Both the position numbers and the translations under genes were made by a program. From NCBI GenBank assembly GCA_963833985.1, contig CAWIAD010000002.1:5728001-5792000 (forward strand): a stretch of DNA of 64,000 nt, given 5' to 3'. Shown here one piece after another: positions 30,204 to 39,175 of this stretch; within the stretch, counting starts at the first letter, position 1; the number at the start of each line of letters is the position of its first letter. The notes beneath the pieces were generated by a model that searched no databases, had not been told where the DNA came from, and saw only the letters and a list, made by a program, of their open reading frames with translations. The DNA is from an uncultured Planctomycetaceae bacterium. Lineage in GTDB: Bacteria > Planctomycetota > Planctomycetia > Isosphaerales > Isosphaeraceae.

Positions 30204-31922
30204 ATGGGAGATCTCCATTCCGGAGACGTGACGGTCTTCTTCCTCGGGTTGGCCGTTCTGTTAGGCTCGGCCCACGCCCTGGGAGAGATCGCCCGCCGAT
30301 TGGGACAGCCCGCGGTGATCGGCGAGATGGTCGCGGGGCTGCTGCTCGGCCCCACCGTGCTCGGAGCGCTGGCTCCGGCGTTCCAGGCGTGGCTCTTTCC
30401 CGCCCATGGACCGGCCGCCGTGGCGCTGGACGGCGTGATCGCCCTGGCCGTGGCGCTCCTGTTGCTGGTCGCTGGCCTGGAAGTGGATCTCTCGGCCGTG
30501 TGGCGGCAAGGCCGGGCGGCCGCGGTCGTGGCACTGGCGGGACTTCTTGTCCCCCTGGGGGTTGGCGGCCTCCTGGCCGGACTGATGCCCGGCTGGTGGG
30601 GCATACCCATTGAGGGAATGCCCTGGACCTTTGCCATCTTCTTCGGTACCGCGCTGGCCGTGAGCGCACTGCCGGTCATCGCCAAGATCCTGCTCGATCT
30701 GGATCTCTTTCAGACCGATTTTGGAATGCTCGCGCTGGTGGCGGCCACGCTCAACAACCTGCTCGCCTGGCTGATCTTCTCGGTGGTGCTGGGCGGCCGC
30801 GCCGGGGGGCAGCCGCTGGGCTACACCATCACACAGACGGTCGGCTTCGTGGTGCTGATGATGACGGTGGGGCGCTGGTCCGCAGACCGGGCCCTTCCCT
30901 GGGTGCAGGCGCACCTGGCCTGGCCCGGCGGGGTGCTCGGCTTCTTGCTGGTGACCGGCCTGGTCGGAGCGGCGATCACCGAGGCGATTGGCATCCACGC
31001 CATCTTCGGCGCGCTTCTGGCCGGGATCGTCCTGGGCGATTCACCGCATCTCCGCGAGCACACCCGCCATATCGTGCTCCGCTTCGTGGAGGGCGTGCTG
31101 GCGCCAATCTTCGTGGCGGCTATCGGCCTGGAAGTGAACTTCGTCACCAAGTTCGACCTCTGGCTGGTGCTCCGGGTCCTTGCCGTGGGGATGGCAGTCA
31201 AGGTGATCGGGTGCGCCGCGGCGGCTCGTCTGGGCGGGCTGCGCGGCAGCGAAGCCTGGGGCATGGGCTGGGCAATGAACGCTCGGGGCGAGCTGGGAAT
31301 CGTGCTGGGCCTGCTGGCCTGGCAAGCCGGCGTGATCCGCGAGCGCTTGTTCGTGGCGCTGGTCGTGCTGGCAATCGCCACGTCGGCCCTCGCCGGTCCC
31401 ATGCTCAAGCGGCTGCTGCGCAAGGAGCGAGCCTGGTCGCTGGCCACGATCCTGGATAGCGGGCTGTGTGTCACGGAGCTCGAGGCGGGCAATGTTTCCG
31501 AGGCCATCCACCGGCTCTCCGCCGTGGCCGCCGAGCGGGCCGTCCTGGACGAGGCGTGGGTGGCGCGCGCGGTGCTCGAGCGCGAGGCCCTGCGCGGCAC
31601 GGGCATTGGCAACGGGGTCGCGGTGCCGCACGCCCGGTTGATCAACCTCAAGGCGTCCCTGGTGGTGGTGGGACGCTCGAAGCAGGGCCTGGCCTTCGAC
31701 GCACCCGACCCGGAGCCGGTGCGGCTGGTGTTCCTGGTGCTGACGCCCGTGGCCGACAGCGGTGCCCAGGTGCGCATCCTCGGCTCGATCGCACGCCAGG
31801 TCCGCGTGCCCGAGGTCCGCGCCGCGGCGCTGGCCGCGCGCACGCCCACGGCCTTGCTGGCGGCCTTCCGCATTGCCGATGTGCTTCAGAAAACGTCAGA
31901 GATGGAGCCGAGCGCAACGTAG
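30204..31922 (+). CDS. Cation:proton antiporter (CPA2) fused to a PTS EIIA(Ntr/Fru)-type domain
   Basis: GQPAVIGEMVAGLLLGP, SALPVIAKIL and MNARGEL; C-terminus LEREALRGTGIGNGVAVPHAR. Confidence 0.92.
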   Translation: MGDLHSGDVTVFFLGLAVLLGSAHALGEIARRLGQPAVIGEMVAGLLLGPTVLGALAPAFQAWLFPAHGPAAVALDGVIALAVALLLLVAGLEVDLSAVWRQGRAAAVVALAGLLVPLGVGGLLAGLMPGWWGIPIEGMPWTFAIFFGTALAVSALPVIAKILLDLDLFQTDFGMLALVAATLNNLLAWLIFSVVLGGRAGGQPLGYTITQTVGFVVLMMTVGRWSADRALPWVQAHLAWPGGVLGFLLVTGLVGAAITEAIGIHAIFGALLAGIVLGDSPHLREHTRHIVLRFVEGVLAPIFVAAIGLEVNFVTKFDLWLVLRVLAVGMAVKVIGCAAAARLGGLRGSEAWGMGWAMNARGELGIVLGLLAWQAGVIRERLFVALVVLAIATSALAGPMLKRLLRKERAWSLATILDSGLCVTELEAGNVSEAIHRLSAVAAERAVLDEAWVARAVLEREALRGTGIGNGVAVPHARLINLKASLVVVGRSKQGLAFDAPDPEPVRLVFLVLTPVADSGAQVRILGSIARQVRVPEVRAAALAARTPTALLAAFRIADVLQKTSEMEPSAT

Positions 31923-32073
31923 TGAGGCAGAGAAAGCGGCTGTCGCCGGTGGGTCATGACTTTCAGGCCAGAATGTCGTCATGGCTTCCAGCGAAGCGAC
32001 ATGGTTAGATGGACTATGAGCAAACGTACAAGCTGTTTCGTCAGCATCAAGTGGCATTGGTTCCGGAGGCCGT

Positions 32074-35000
32074 GTGATGCGCCTGGTAAGTGCTCTCGTG
32101 ATGATCCTGGCTTTGGCGGCCGGCGTGGCGGACACGACGCGTGTTCAGGACAACGATACTGCCTTGACGCAGCTGGTCTTGCACGGACGATACCGCGAGC
32201 CGAAGCCGGGCGGATCGAAGGAGTTCGCCGTCCAGGAAAAAGCGCTCCAGTGGGAGCCTGAGCAAACGGCCATCATCATCTGCGATATGTGGAACCAGCA
32301 CTGGTGCAAGGGGGCGACGCGGCGCGTCGGCGAGCTTGCACCGGTGATGAACCGGGCGGTGGCCGCGGCCCGCAAGCGCGGCGTGCTGATCATCCATGCC
32401 CCCAGCAGTTGCATGGACGCCTACAAGGACCATCCGGCTCGGCGGTGCGCGCAGACGGCTCCGAAGGCGGCCAACCTGCCCACGGACATCGAAGGCTGGT
32501 GCAATCGCATCCCGGCGGAGGAGCGCGGGGTTTATCCCATCGACCAGTCCGACGGAGGCTGCGACGACGGGCCGAGGTGCCCGGAAGGGTCGCCCTGGAA
32601 GTCGCAGATCGCCGCCATCGAGATCCATGACGAGGACGCCATCAGCGATTCGGGCGTGGAGATCTGGAACCTGCTGGAGAGCCGTGGGATCCGTCACGTG
32701 ATGCTCATGGGAGTTCACACGAACATGTGTGTTCTTGGCCGTCCATTCGGGCTCCGCCAGCTTGCCCGCCACGGCAAGGATGTAGTGCTCGTTCGCGACC
32801 TGACCGACACCATGTACAACTCGCGAAGCTGGCCGTACGTCAGCCACTTCGAGGGGACGAACCGGATCATCGAGCACGTGGAGAAATACGTCTGCCCGAC
32901 GATCACATCCACCGACCTGACCGGCCAGCCAGCGTTTGCATTTCAGCCCGACAACCGGCCGCGCGCCGTCTTCGTGATCGGCGACGACGAGTACCGCACC
33001 GAGAAGACCCTGCCTGCGTTCGCGAGCTCGGAGCTGGAGCCCCTGGGCGTGCGCTGCACGTTCGTGGTTGCCGACCCCAAGACGCCGCACGATTTCAAGG
33101 GGATCGAGGCTCTGAACGACGCCGACCTGATGGTCCTGAGCGTGCGCCGGCGTGCTCCCACGATCGAGCAGATGAGCCTCATTCGCAAGTATCTCGAGTC
33201 GGGCAAGCCGCTGGTGGGCATCCGCACGGCGTGCCACGCGTTCGACGTACGCGGCCAGGCGCCCGCGGGTCACGCCGAGTGGCGGTCGTTCGATCCCGAC
33301 GTCCTCGGCGGCCATTACACGGGCCATCATGCCAACGAGTTGAAACCACGGGTCTCGACCGCCAGGGGAGCCGAGAGTCATCCGATCCTGGACGGCGTCA
33401 AGACGCCGTTTGCCGGACAGGGCTCGCTCTACAAGACGAGTCCGCTGGCAGCCTCGACGCGTGCCCTTTTGCTCGGCGAGATTGCCGGCCAGCCCGTCGA
33501 GCCGGTCGCATGGGTGAATCTCGCGGGGTCGTCGCGCGTCTTCTACACCTCGCTGGGCCATCCGGGCGACTTCGAGAACAGCGCCTTTCGCCGCCTGCTG
33601 CGTAATGCCGTGTTCTGGGCGATGAACCGCTCGCCGTCTGCTGGAACCAGCGCGAACTCAGCTCCCAATGCGACCTATCACGTTTCGCCGGGCGCAAAGC
33701 AGGCCGTGGCGGCCTTTCACGTTCCCGATGATTTGAAAATCGACCTGGTCCTGTCCGAGCCGGAGGTCCGCCAGCCGGTGAGCCTGAGCTTCGATGAGCG
33801 CGGGCGGATGTGGGTGGTGCAGTACCTGCAATATCCCTCGCCGGCCGGCCTCAAGATGGTCAGTCACGACAGCGTCTGGCGCACTGTGTATGACAAGGTG
33901 CCCCAGCCGCCCCCGCACCACGTTCGCGGCAAGGATAAGATCACCATCCATGAGGATACCGACGGCGACGGAGTGTACGACCGCCACAAGACGTTCGTCG
34001 AGGGTCTGAACATTGCCACCTCGGCGCTGCGCGGCCGCGGGGGCGTCTGGGTGCTCAACCCGCCGTACCTGCTCTTCTATCCCGATCGCAACAATGATGA
34101 CGTGCCCGACGGCGATCCCGAGGTGCATCTTCAGGGTTTCGGGCTCGAGGATACGCACTCGGTGGTGAACAGCTTGCGGTGGGGGCCCGACGGCTGGATC
34201 TACGCAGCCCAGGGCTCGACCGTGACCGGCCACGTGACGCGGCCCATCGTGGACAGGGGCAAGGAGCCGGTGCATTCAATGGGGCAATTGATCTGGCGCT
34301 ATCACCCCGAAACCGGGCGCTACGAGGTCTTCGCCGAGGGAGGCGGCAACGCGTTCGGCGTCGAGATCGACAGCAAAGGAAGGATCTTCTCCGGCCACAA
34401 CGGCGGCGACACGCGGGGGTTTCATTACGTTCAGGGGGGCTACTATCAAAAGGGCTTTGACAAGCACGGGCCGCTGTCGAACCCCTACGCCTTCGGCTAC
34501 TTTCCCGCCATGAAGCACAATCGCGTGCCGCGGTTCACGCACACCTTCACGATCTACGAGGCCGATGCGCTGCCTGAGCACTATCGCGGCGTGCTCTTCG
34601 GCGTCGCCCCTTTACTCAACCATGTCGTGATGAGCGAGGTTCGGCCCGACGGGTCATCGCTCCGGACGCATGACATCGGCCACGCCGTGACGACCACCGA
34701 CCCGTGCTTCCGGCCTGTCGACATCACGCTCGGCCCCGACGGTGCGCTCTACATCGCCGACTGGTACGACCGCCAGATCAACCACTACCGCAACCACGAG
34801 GGGCAGATCGATCCCGGCTCCGGTCGGATCTATCGCCTGGCAGCCCGGGATGGCGCTCGATCGACACGGCCCGTGAACCTTTCCGCGCTGACGACGGCCG
34901 GGCTGGTTCGTTGCCTGGCCAGCCCCAACCGATGGGTGCGCCAGACGGCCCTGCGGCTGATGGGAGACCGCAAGGACGCGTCGGTTGCTCGCGAGCTTCA

Positions 35001-36582
35001 CGGTCTGCTCGCGAGCGGCACCGGTCAGACCTCACTCGAGGCGCTCTGGGCCCTGAACCTGATCGGCAAGCTGGACGAAGCCACGGCCCTGGCGGCGCTC
35101 GATCACGGCGACAAATATGTTCGGCTCTGGGCGGCGCGGCTGCTCGGCGACGACGGGCAGCTTTCACCGGCACTGGCCGCGAAGCTGGCCTCACGCGCGG
35201 CGGTCGAACCGGACGTCGAGGTCCGCAGCCAGCTTGCTTGCTCCGCCAGGCGGCTGCGCAGCAGCGATGCCCTGCCCATCATCACCGCGCTCTTGACCCA
35301 CGACGAGGACGCGCACGACATCCACCTGCCGCTCTTGCTCTGGTGGGCCATTGAGGCCAAGGTCTCGACAGACCCCGACGCGGTCTTGAAGCTCTTTGAG
35401 AATCACGCGCTCTGGGACCGGCCCATCGTGGCCCGCAAGATCACCGAGCGGCTGATGCGCCGGTTTGCCGCGGCCGGCACTCGCAAGGACCTGGACCGCT
35501 GCGCCCGGCTGCTGGTGCTGGCGCCCGATGCCCGGCATGGGAAAGCTCTCATGGCAGGCTTCGAGGCGGCCTTTGCAGGCCGCTCGCTGGCGGGGCTGCC
35601 TCAGCCACTGGTCGATGCGCTCGCTCATTACAGCGGTCAGTCGGTCACACTAGGCCTGCGCCGGGGCAAGCCGGAGGCGATTGCCGAGGCTTTGAACCTG
35701 CTGGGGAACGAGCAGGGCGACCGCGCCAAGCAACTGCAATACCTTCAGATCCTGGGCGAGATCCGCGTGTCGGGCGCAACTCCCGTATTGCTCAAGCTGG
35801 CCTGCCACTCGCCCGATAACGCCTTGCGGGCTGCCGCCCTCGGGGCGCTGGTGAACTATGACGACCCTGCGATTGCCACGGAAGTTCTCAAGACCTGCGG
35901 CAGCCTGTCCGACGACCTGCAAGCGGCCGCCCAGGGATTGCTTGTCTCGCGTCGCGTCTGGGCCATTCAGCTTCTGGACGCGATCGAAGATCGCACCATC
36001 GATCCGCGCACCGTGCCCCGCGAGACGGCCGAGAAGCTTCTCCTGCTGGGTGATGAGCGCATCAAGGACCGGGTGACGCGCCTCTTCGGTCCCCTCACGC
36101 CGGCCACCTCGGCCGAGCTCCAGGCGCAGATCCAGCATCTGGCGGCTGTGGTGCGATCGGGTCCCGGAGTTCCCAAGCCGGGCAAGCAAATCTTCCAGGA
36201 GCAGTGTGCCCGCTGCCACACGCTTTTCGGCAAGGGCGGAAACGTCGGGCCCGACCTGACAACCTATCGCCGCGACGACCTGGAAGGGATGCTGCTGAAC
36301 ATCGTGAACCCCAGCGCCGAAGTTCGCGAGGGCTATGCCAGCCAGGTCATCGCCACGAGCGACGGCCGTACCCTGAGCGGCATCGTCGTCGAGCAGGACC
36401 CGAACGTGATCGTGCTCCGAGACAGCGATGGCAAGCAACGGACCCTGGCCCGCAGCACCGTGGAAGAGATGAAGGCCTCCCGCGCCTCGCTCATGCCCGA
36501 GGGCTTGCTCAAGGCGCTGAGCGAGCAGCAGGTGCGCGACCTGTTCGCGTACCTCAGGAGCACGCAGCCGCTGATCGATTGA
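32074..36582 (+). CDS. Multidomain protein: isochorismatase-like + ThuA-like + PVC-type dehydrogenase propeller + HEAT + cytochrome c
   Basis: IIICDMW and GVHTNMCV; RVFYTSLGHP; SFDERGRMWV and WGPDGWIY; CARCH...GPDLT...SLMPEGL. Confidence 0.9.
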   Translation: MMRLVSALVMILALAAGVADTTRVQDNDTALTQLVLHGRYREPKPGGSKEFAVQEKALQWEPEQTAIIICDMWNQHWCKGATRRVGELAPVMNRAVAAARKRGVLIIHAPSSCMDAYKDHPARRCAQTAPKAANLPTDIEGWCNRIPAEERGVYPIDQSDGGCDDGPRCPEGSPWKSQIAAIEIHDEDAISDSGVEIWNLLESRGIRHVMLMGVHTNMCVLGRPFGLRQLARHGKDVVLVRDLTDTMYNSRSWPYVSHFEGTNRIIEHVEKYVCPTITSTDLTGQPAFAFQPDNRPRAVFVIGDDEYRTEKTLPAFASSELEPLGVRCTFVVADPKTPHDFKGIEALNDADLMVLSVRRRAPTIEQMSLIRKYLESGKPLVGIRTACHAFDVRGQAPAGHAEWRSFDPDVLGGHYTGHHANELKPRVSTARGAESHPILDGVKTPFAGQGSLYKTSPLAASTRALLLGEIAGQPVEPVAWVNLAGSSRVFYTSLGHPGDFENSAFRRLLRNAVFWAMNRSPSAGTSANSAPNATYHVSPGAKQAVAAFHVPDDLKIDLVLSEPEVRQPVSLSFDERGRMWVVQYLQYPSPAGLKMVSHDSVWRTVYDKVPQPPPHHVRGKDKITIHEDTDGDGVYDRHKTFVEGLNIATSALRGRGGVWVLNPPYLLFYPDRNNDDVPDGDPEVHLQGFGLEDTHSVVNSLRWGPDGWIYAAQGSTVTGHVTRPIVDRGKEPVHSMGQLIWRYHPETGRYEVFAEGGGNAFGVEIDSKGRIFSGHNGGDTRGFHYVQGGYYQKGFDKHGPLSNPYAFGYFPAMKHNRVPRFTHTFTIYEADALPEHYRGVLFGVAPLLNHVVMSEVRPDGSSLRTHDIGHAVTTTDPCFRPVDITLGPDGALYIADWYDRQINHYRNHEGQIDPGSGRIYRLAARDGARSTRPVNLSALTTAGLVRCLASPNRWVRQTALRLMGDRKDASVARELHGLLASGTGQTSLEALWALNLIGKLDEATALAALDHGDKYVRLWAARLLGDDGQLSPALAAKLASRAAVEPDVEVRSQLACSARRLRSSDALPIITALLTHDEDAHDIHLPLLLWWAIEAKVSTDPDAVLKLFENHALWDRPIVARKITERLMRRFAAAGTRKDLDRCARLLVLAPDARHGKALMAGFEAAFAGRSLAGLPQPLVDALAHYSGQSVTLGLRRGKPEAIAEALNLLGNEQGDRAKQLQYLQILGEIRVSGATPVLLKLACHSPDNALRAAALGALVNYDDPAIATEVLKTCGSLSDDLQAAAQGLLVSRRVWAIQLLDAIEDRTIDPRTVPRETAEKLLLLGDERIKDRVTRLFGPLTPATSAELQAQIQHLAAVVRSGPGVPKPGKQIFQEQCARCHTLFGKGGNVGPDLTTYRRDDLEGMLLNIVNPSAEVREGYASQVIATSDGRTLSGIVVEQDPNVIVLRDSDGKQRTLARSTVEEMKASRASLMPEGLLKALSEQQVRDLFAYLRSTQPLID

Positions 36583-37308
36583 TCAAGGCGTTTTCACCGG
36601 CAGGTCGCTGTCAATCCGCGCGGCCAGATCGACAATCGCGCGAACCTTCCTGGCATGCACGCGATTCCCGGTTGCCGCTGATGCATCCGCCACGGCCGAC
36701 CCGAGATGGACCTCGCGCACTCCGGTGGTCGTGACCAGCGTCTGCAAGTCTTCCGCCTTCAACTGCCCGCCCGCCATGACGGCGATCCGCCCCTGGGCCT
36801 GCGCGACGAGCCTGCGCAGGTGGGTGCTCCCTTCGATGGCCGTGTTCTTGCCGCCCGAGGTGAGCACACGATCTACCCCGAGCGCGATCAGCGCATCGAG
36901 GGCCTCGTGCAGGTCGCGGGCCACGTCGAAAGCCTTGTGAAACGTGACGGACATTGGCCGGGCGAGCGCGACGAGCCTGGCGGCGGAGTCAGTGTCGATC
37001 GTCCCGTCCAGCCGCAACACCCCAAAGACCACGCCCGCGGCACCGAGCATCTTCGCCGTCACTATATCTAACTTCATGGCGGTCAGCTCGGCCTGTGATG
37101 GCACGAAGTCGCCCGCGCGCGGGCGGATCAGGACATGGACGGGGATGTTCAGGTGTCGACAGGCCTCGGCGATGGCCCCCGCGCTCGGCGTGGTCCCGCC
37201 CACGTCCAGGTCGGCACACAGCTCCACGCGGTGCGCCCTGCCCGCGCCGGCCGCGAGCGCGGACTCGAGATCACCCGCGCAGATTTCGACCGTCAGAGAG
37301 TTGCTCAT
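36583..37308 (-). CDS. cutC: Copper homeostasis protein CutC
   Basis: VEIC, RVELC, GGTTPS, LIRPRAGDF, TFHKAFD and RVLTSGG motifs. Confidence 0.95.
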   Translation of the reverse strand: MSNSLTVEICAGDLESALAAGAGRAHRVELCADLDVGGTTPSAGAIAEACRHLNIPVHVLIRPRAGDFVPSQAELTAMKLDIVTAKMLGAAGVVFGVLRLDGTIDTDSAARLVALARPMSVTFHKAFDVARDLHEALDALIALGVDRVLTSGGKNTAIEGSTHLRRLVAQAQGRIAVMAGGQLKAEDLQTLVTTTGVREVHLGSAVADASAATGNRVHARKVRAIVDLAARIDSDLPVKTP

Positions 37309-37329
37309 GTCGATGGAGCGATTCCCGGG

Positions 37330-37618
37330 TTCCTGGCCTGTGGGCGATGCTCCATAGACGTGTCGAATCAGTTCCTGGAGCCGAGCGAAATGATCATGGG
37401 CTTTTTCAGAATATCCTCGAGGTAGCGGAGCTCCTGTTCCGCGCCTCGGGGTTGTCGCTACGCAGTCTCTTGAAGGCGTAGTGGTGCTCGGATGCCCAGA
37501 TCAGCATCGTTTTCAATCTTTCCAGTTGCCGGTCAACCGGAGCCGGAGTTCCTCTTGCCTGGTCCCTGGGATGGTGTCCGGGCAGGAGGTATTCTCTGTC
37601 GTTCATGGTTGAGCTCAC
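37330..37618 (-). CDS. Possible small hypothetical protein (frameshifted)
   Basis: VDRQLERLKTMLIWASEHHYAFKRL, continuing in other frames as EQELRYLEDILK and AHDHFARLQELIRHVY. Confidence 0.35.
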
Positions 37619-37807
37619 GATCGATCCTTTGCAGCAAGATAGCAGAATCAGTTTGCCGAATCGTTACACAGTCTGCCAGTGAAGGGAGTTCTCTCCAACC
37701 GCTGGCGTCCGGGTGTTTCACAAGTTACGATTCAGGGATTCCCGGGTGGGCCCAGCTCATTGCGGCCCACGCAGCACCCGCCCGCTCACATGCAAGGAGA
37801 TCCCGCC

Positions 37808-39175
37808 GTGACCGACCGACCGCAAGCGATCTCTCCCGCATCGAATTCAGCATCGCCCGTGACCGAAAACGGAGACGGAACCACTTCGCGGCGTGATTTT
37901 CTGATAGGCTCAACCGTGGCGGGGGCGGCTGTGGTTTCCAGCAGCCTGTTCGTGCCGCTGGTGCACGCCGAGGGAAGCGGCACGCTCAAGATCGGGCTCG
38001 TGGGGTGCGGAGGCCGCGGCACCGGAGCGGCCGAGCAGGCGCTCACGGCCGATAAGGGCAACCGGCTGATCGCCATGGGAGATCTCTTCGCCGACCGGCT
38101 CGAGGATAGCCTCTCGGCGCTCAACGGATCCGCCGTCGCCAAGCAGATCGAGGTTCCGAAGGATCGCCAGTACAGCGGCTTTGACGCCTACAAGCACGTG
38201 ATCGACCAGGTCGATGTCGTGCTCCTTACCACGCCGCCCCATTTCCGGCCAATGCATCTGACCTATGCGGTCGAGAAGGGTGTGAACAGCTTCGTCGAAA
38301 AGCCCATGGCCGTCGATGGCCCCGGCCTGCGCAAGTTTATGCAGGCCTGCAAGGATGCGAAAGCAAAGAACCTGTCGCTGGTCAACGGCTTCTGCTGGCG
38401 GTATGACGGGCCGAGGCGCGAGACCATGAAGCAGGTCTTTGACGGCAGGATCGGCAACGTGGTCGCCATCGAGACGACCTACAACTCGCAGGGCGTGTGG
38501 GAACCGCGCAAGACCCGCGAGCAGTGCAACTCCGACATGGAGTACCAGCTCCGCAACTGGTACTACTACTGCTGGCTCTCGGGTGACCACATCGTCGAGC
38601 AGGCCATCCACGGCATCGATACGATGAACTGGGTGATGGAGGGGAAACTCCCCATGCGCTGCTGGGGCGTGGGCGGCCGGCAGTCGCGCACCGACGCGAA
38701 GTACGGCAACATCTGGGACCATTTCTCGGTGGTCTACGAATACCCCGACAACGTGCGCGGCTACCATCATTGCCGCCACTGGGTGAACACGCCCACCCAG
38801 GTGAAGGATTACATTCTTGGTGCCAAGGGTATGGCCGACGTCTTCGGCAGCGCCATCACGGGCGAGAACAGGTGGCGCCATCGCACGGGCAGGGTCCGCA
38901 CCGGCCAGGCCGGCGGCGAGCACCGAGACATGTACCAGGTGGAGCACGACGAGATGTTCGCCGCCATCCGCGCGGGCAAGCCCGTGAACAATGGCGAGCA
39001 GGCCGCCATCAGCACGCTGCTGGCACTCATGGGGCGTGAGGCTGCTTACAGCGGTGAGAGCATCACGCCGGAGCAGGTGCTGAACTCCAAGCTCGACCTC
39101 GGCCCGGCCAGCTACACCTTTGGTCCCAACAAGGTCCCGCCCGTGCCCGTTCCGGGGTTTACTAAGGTGGTGTGA
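37808..39175 (+). CDS. Tat-exported Gfo/Idh/MocA oxidoreductase
   Basis: AAGGAG RBS + GTG; SRRDFL, GCGGRGTGA, FVEKP and LSGDHIVEQAIH motifs. Confidence 0.93.
   Translation: MTDRPQAISPASNSASPVTENGDGTTSRRDFLIGSTVAGAAVVSSSLFVPLVHAEGSGTLKIGLVGCGGRGTGAAEQALTADKGNRLIAMGDLFADRLEDSLSALNGSAVAKQIEVPKDRQYSGFDAYKHVIDQVDVVLLTTPPHFRPMHLTYAVEKGVNSFVEKPMAVDGPGLRKFMQACKDAKAKNLSLVNGFCWRYDGPRRETMKQVFDGRIGNVVAIETTYNSQGVWEPRKTREQCNSDMEYQLRNWYYYCWLSGDHIVEQAIHGIDTMNWVMEGKLPMRCWGVGGRQSRTDAKYGNIWDHFSVVYEYPDNVRGYHHCRHWVNTPTQVKDYILGAKGMADVFGSAITGENRWRHRTGRVRTGQAGGEHRDMYQVEHDEMFAAIRAGKPVNNGEQAAISTLLALMGREAAYSGESITPEQVLNSKLDLGPASYTFGPNKVPPVPVPGFTKVV

Noticed and set aside
31950..31995. Imperfect direct repeat gtcatg[a/g]ctt[t/c]cag upstream of the 1502-aa gene
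   Set aside because: Only two short copies; cannot be told apart from chance or decayed repeat DNA.
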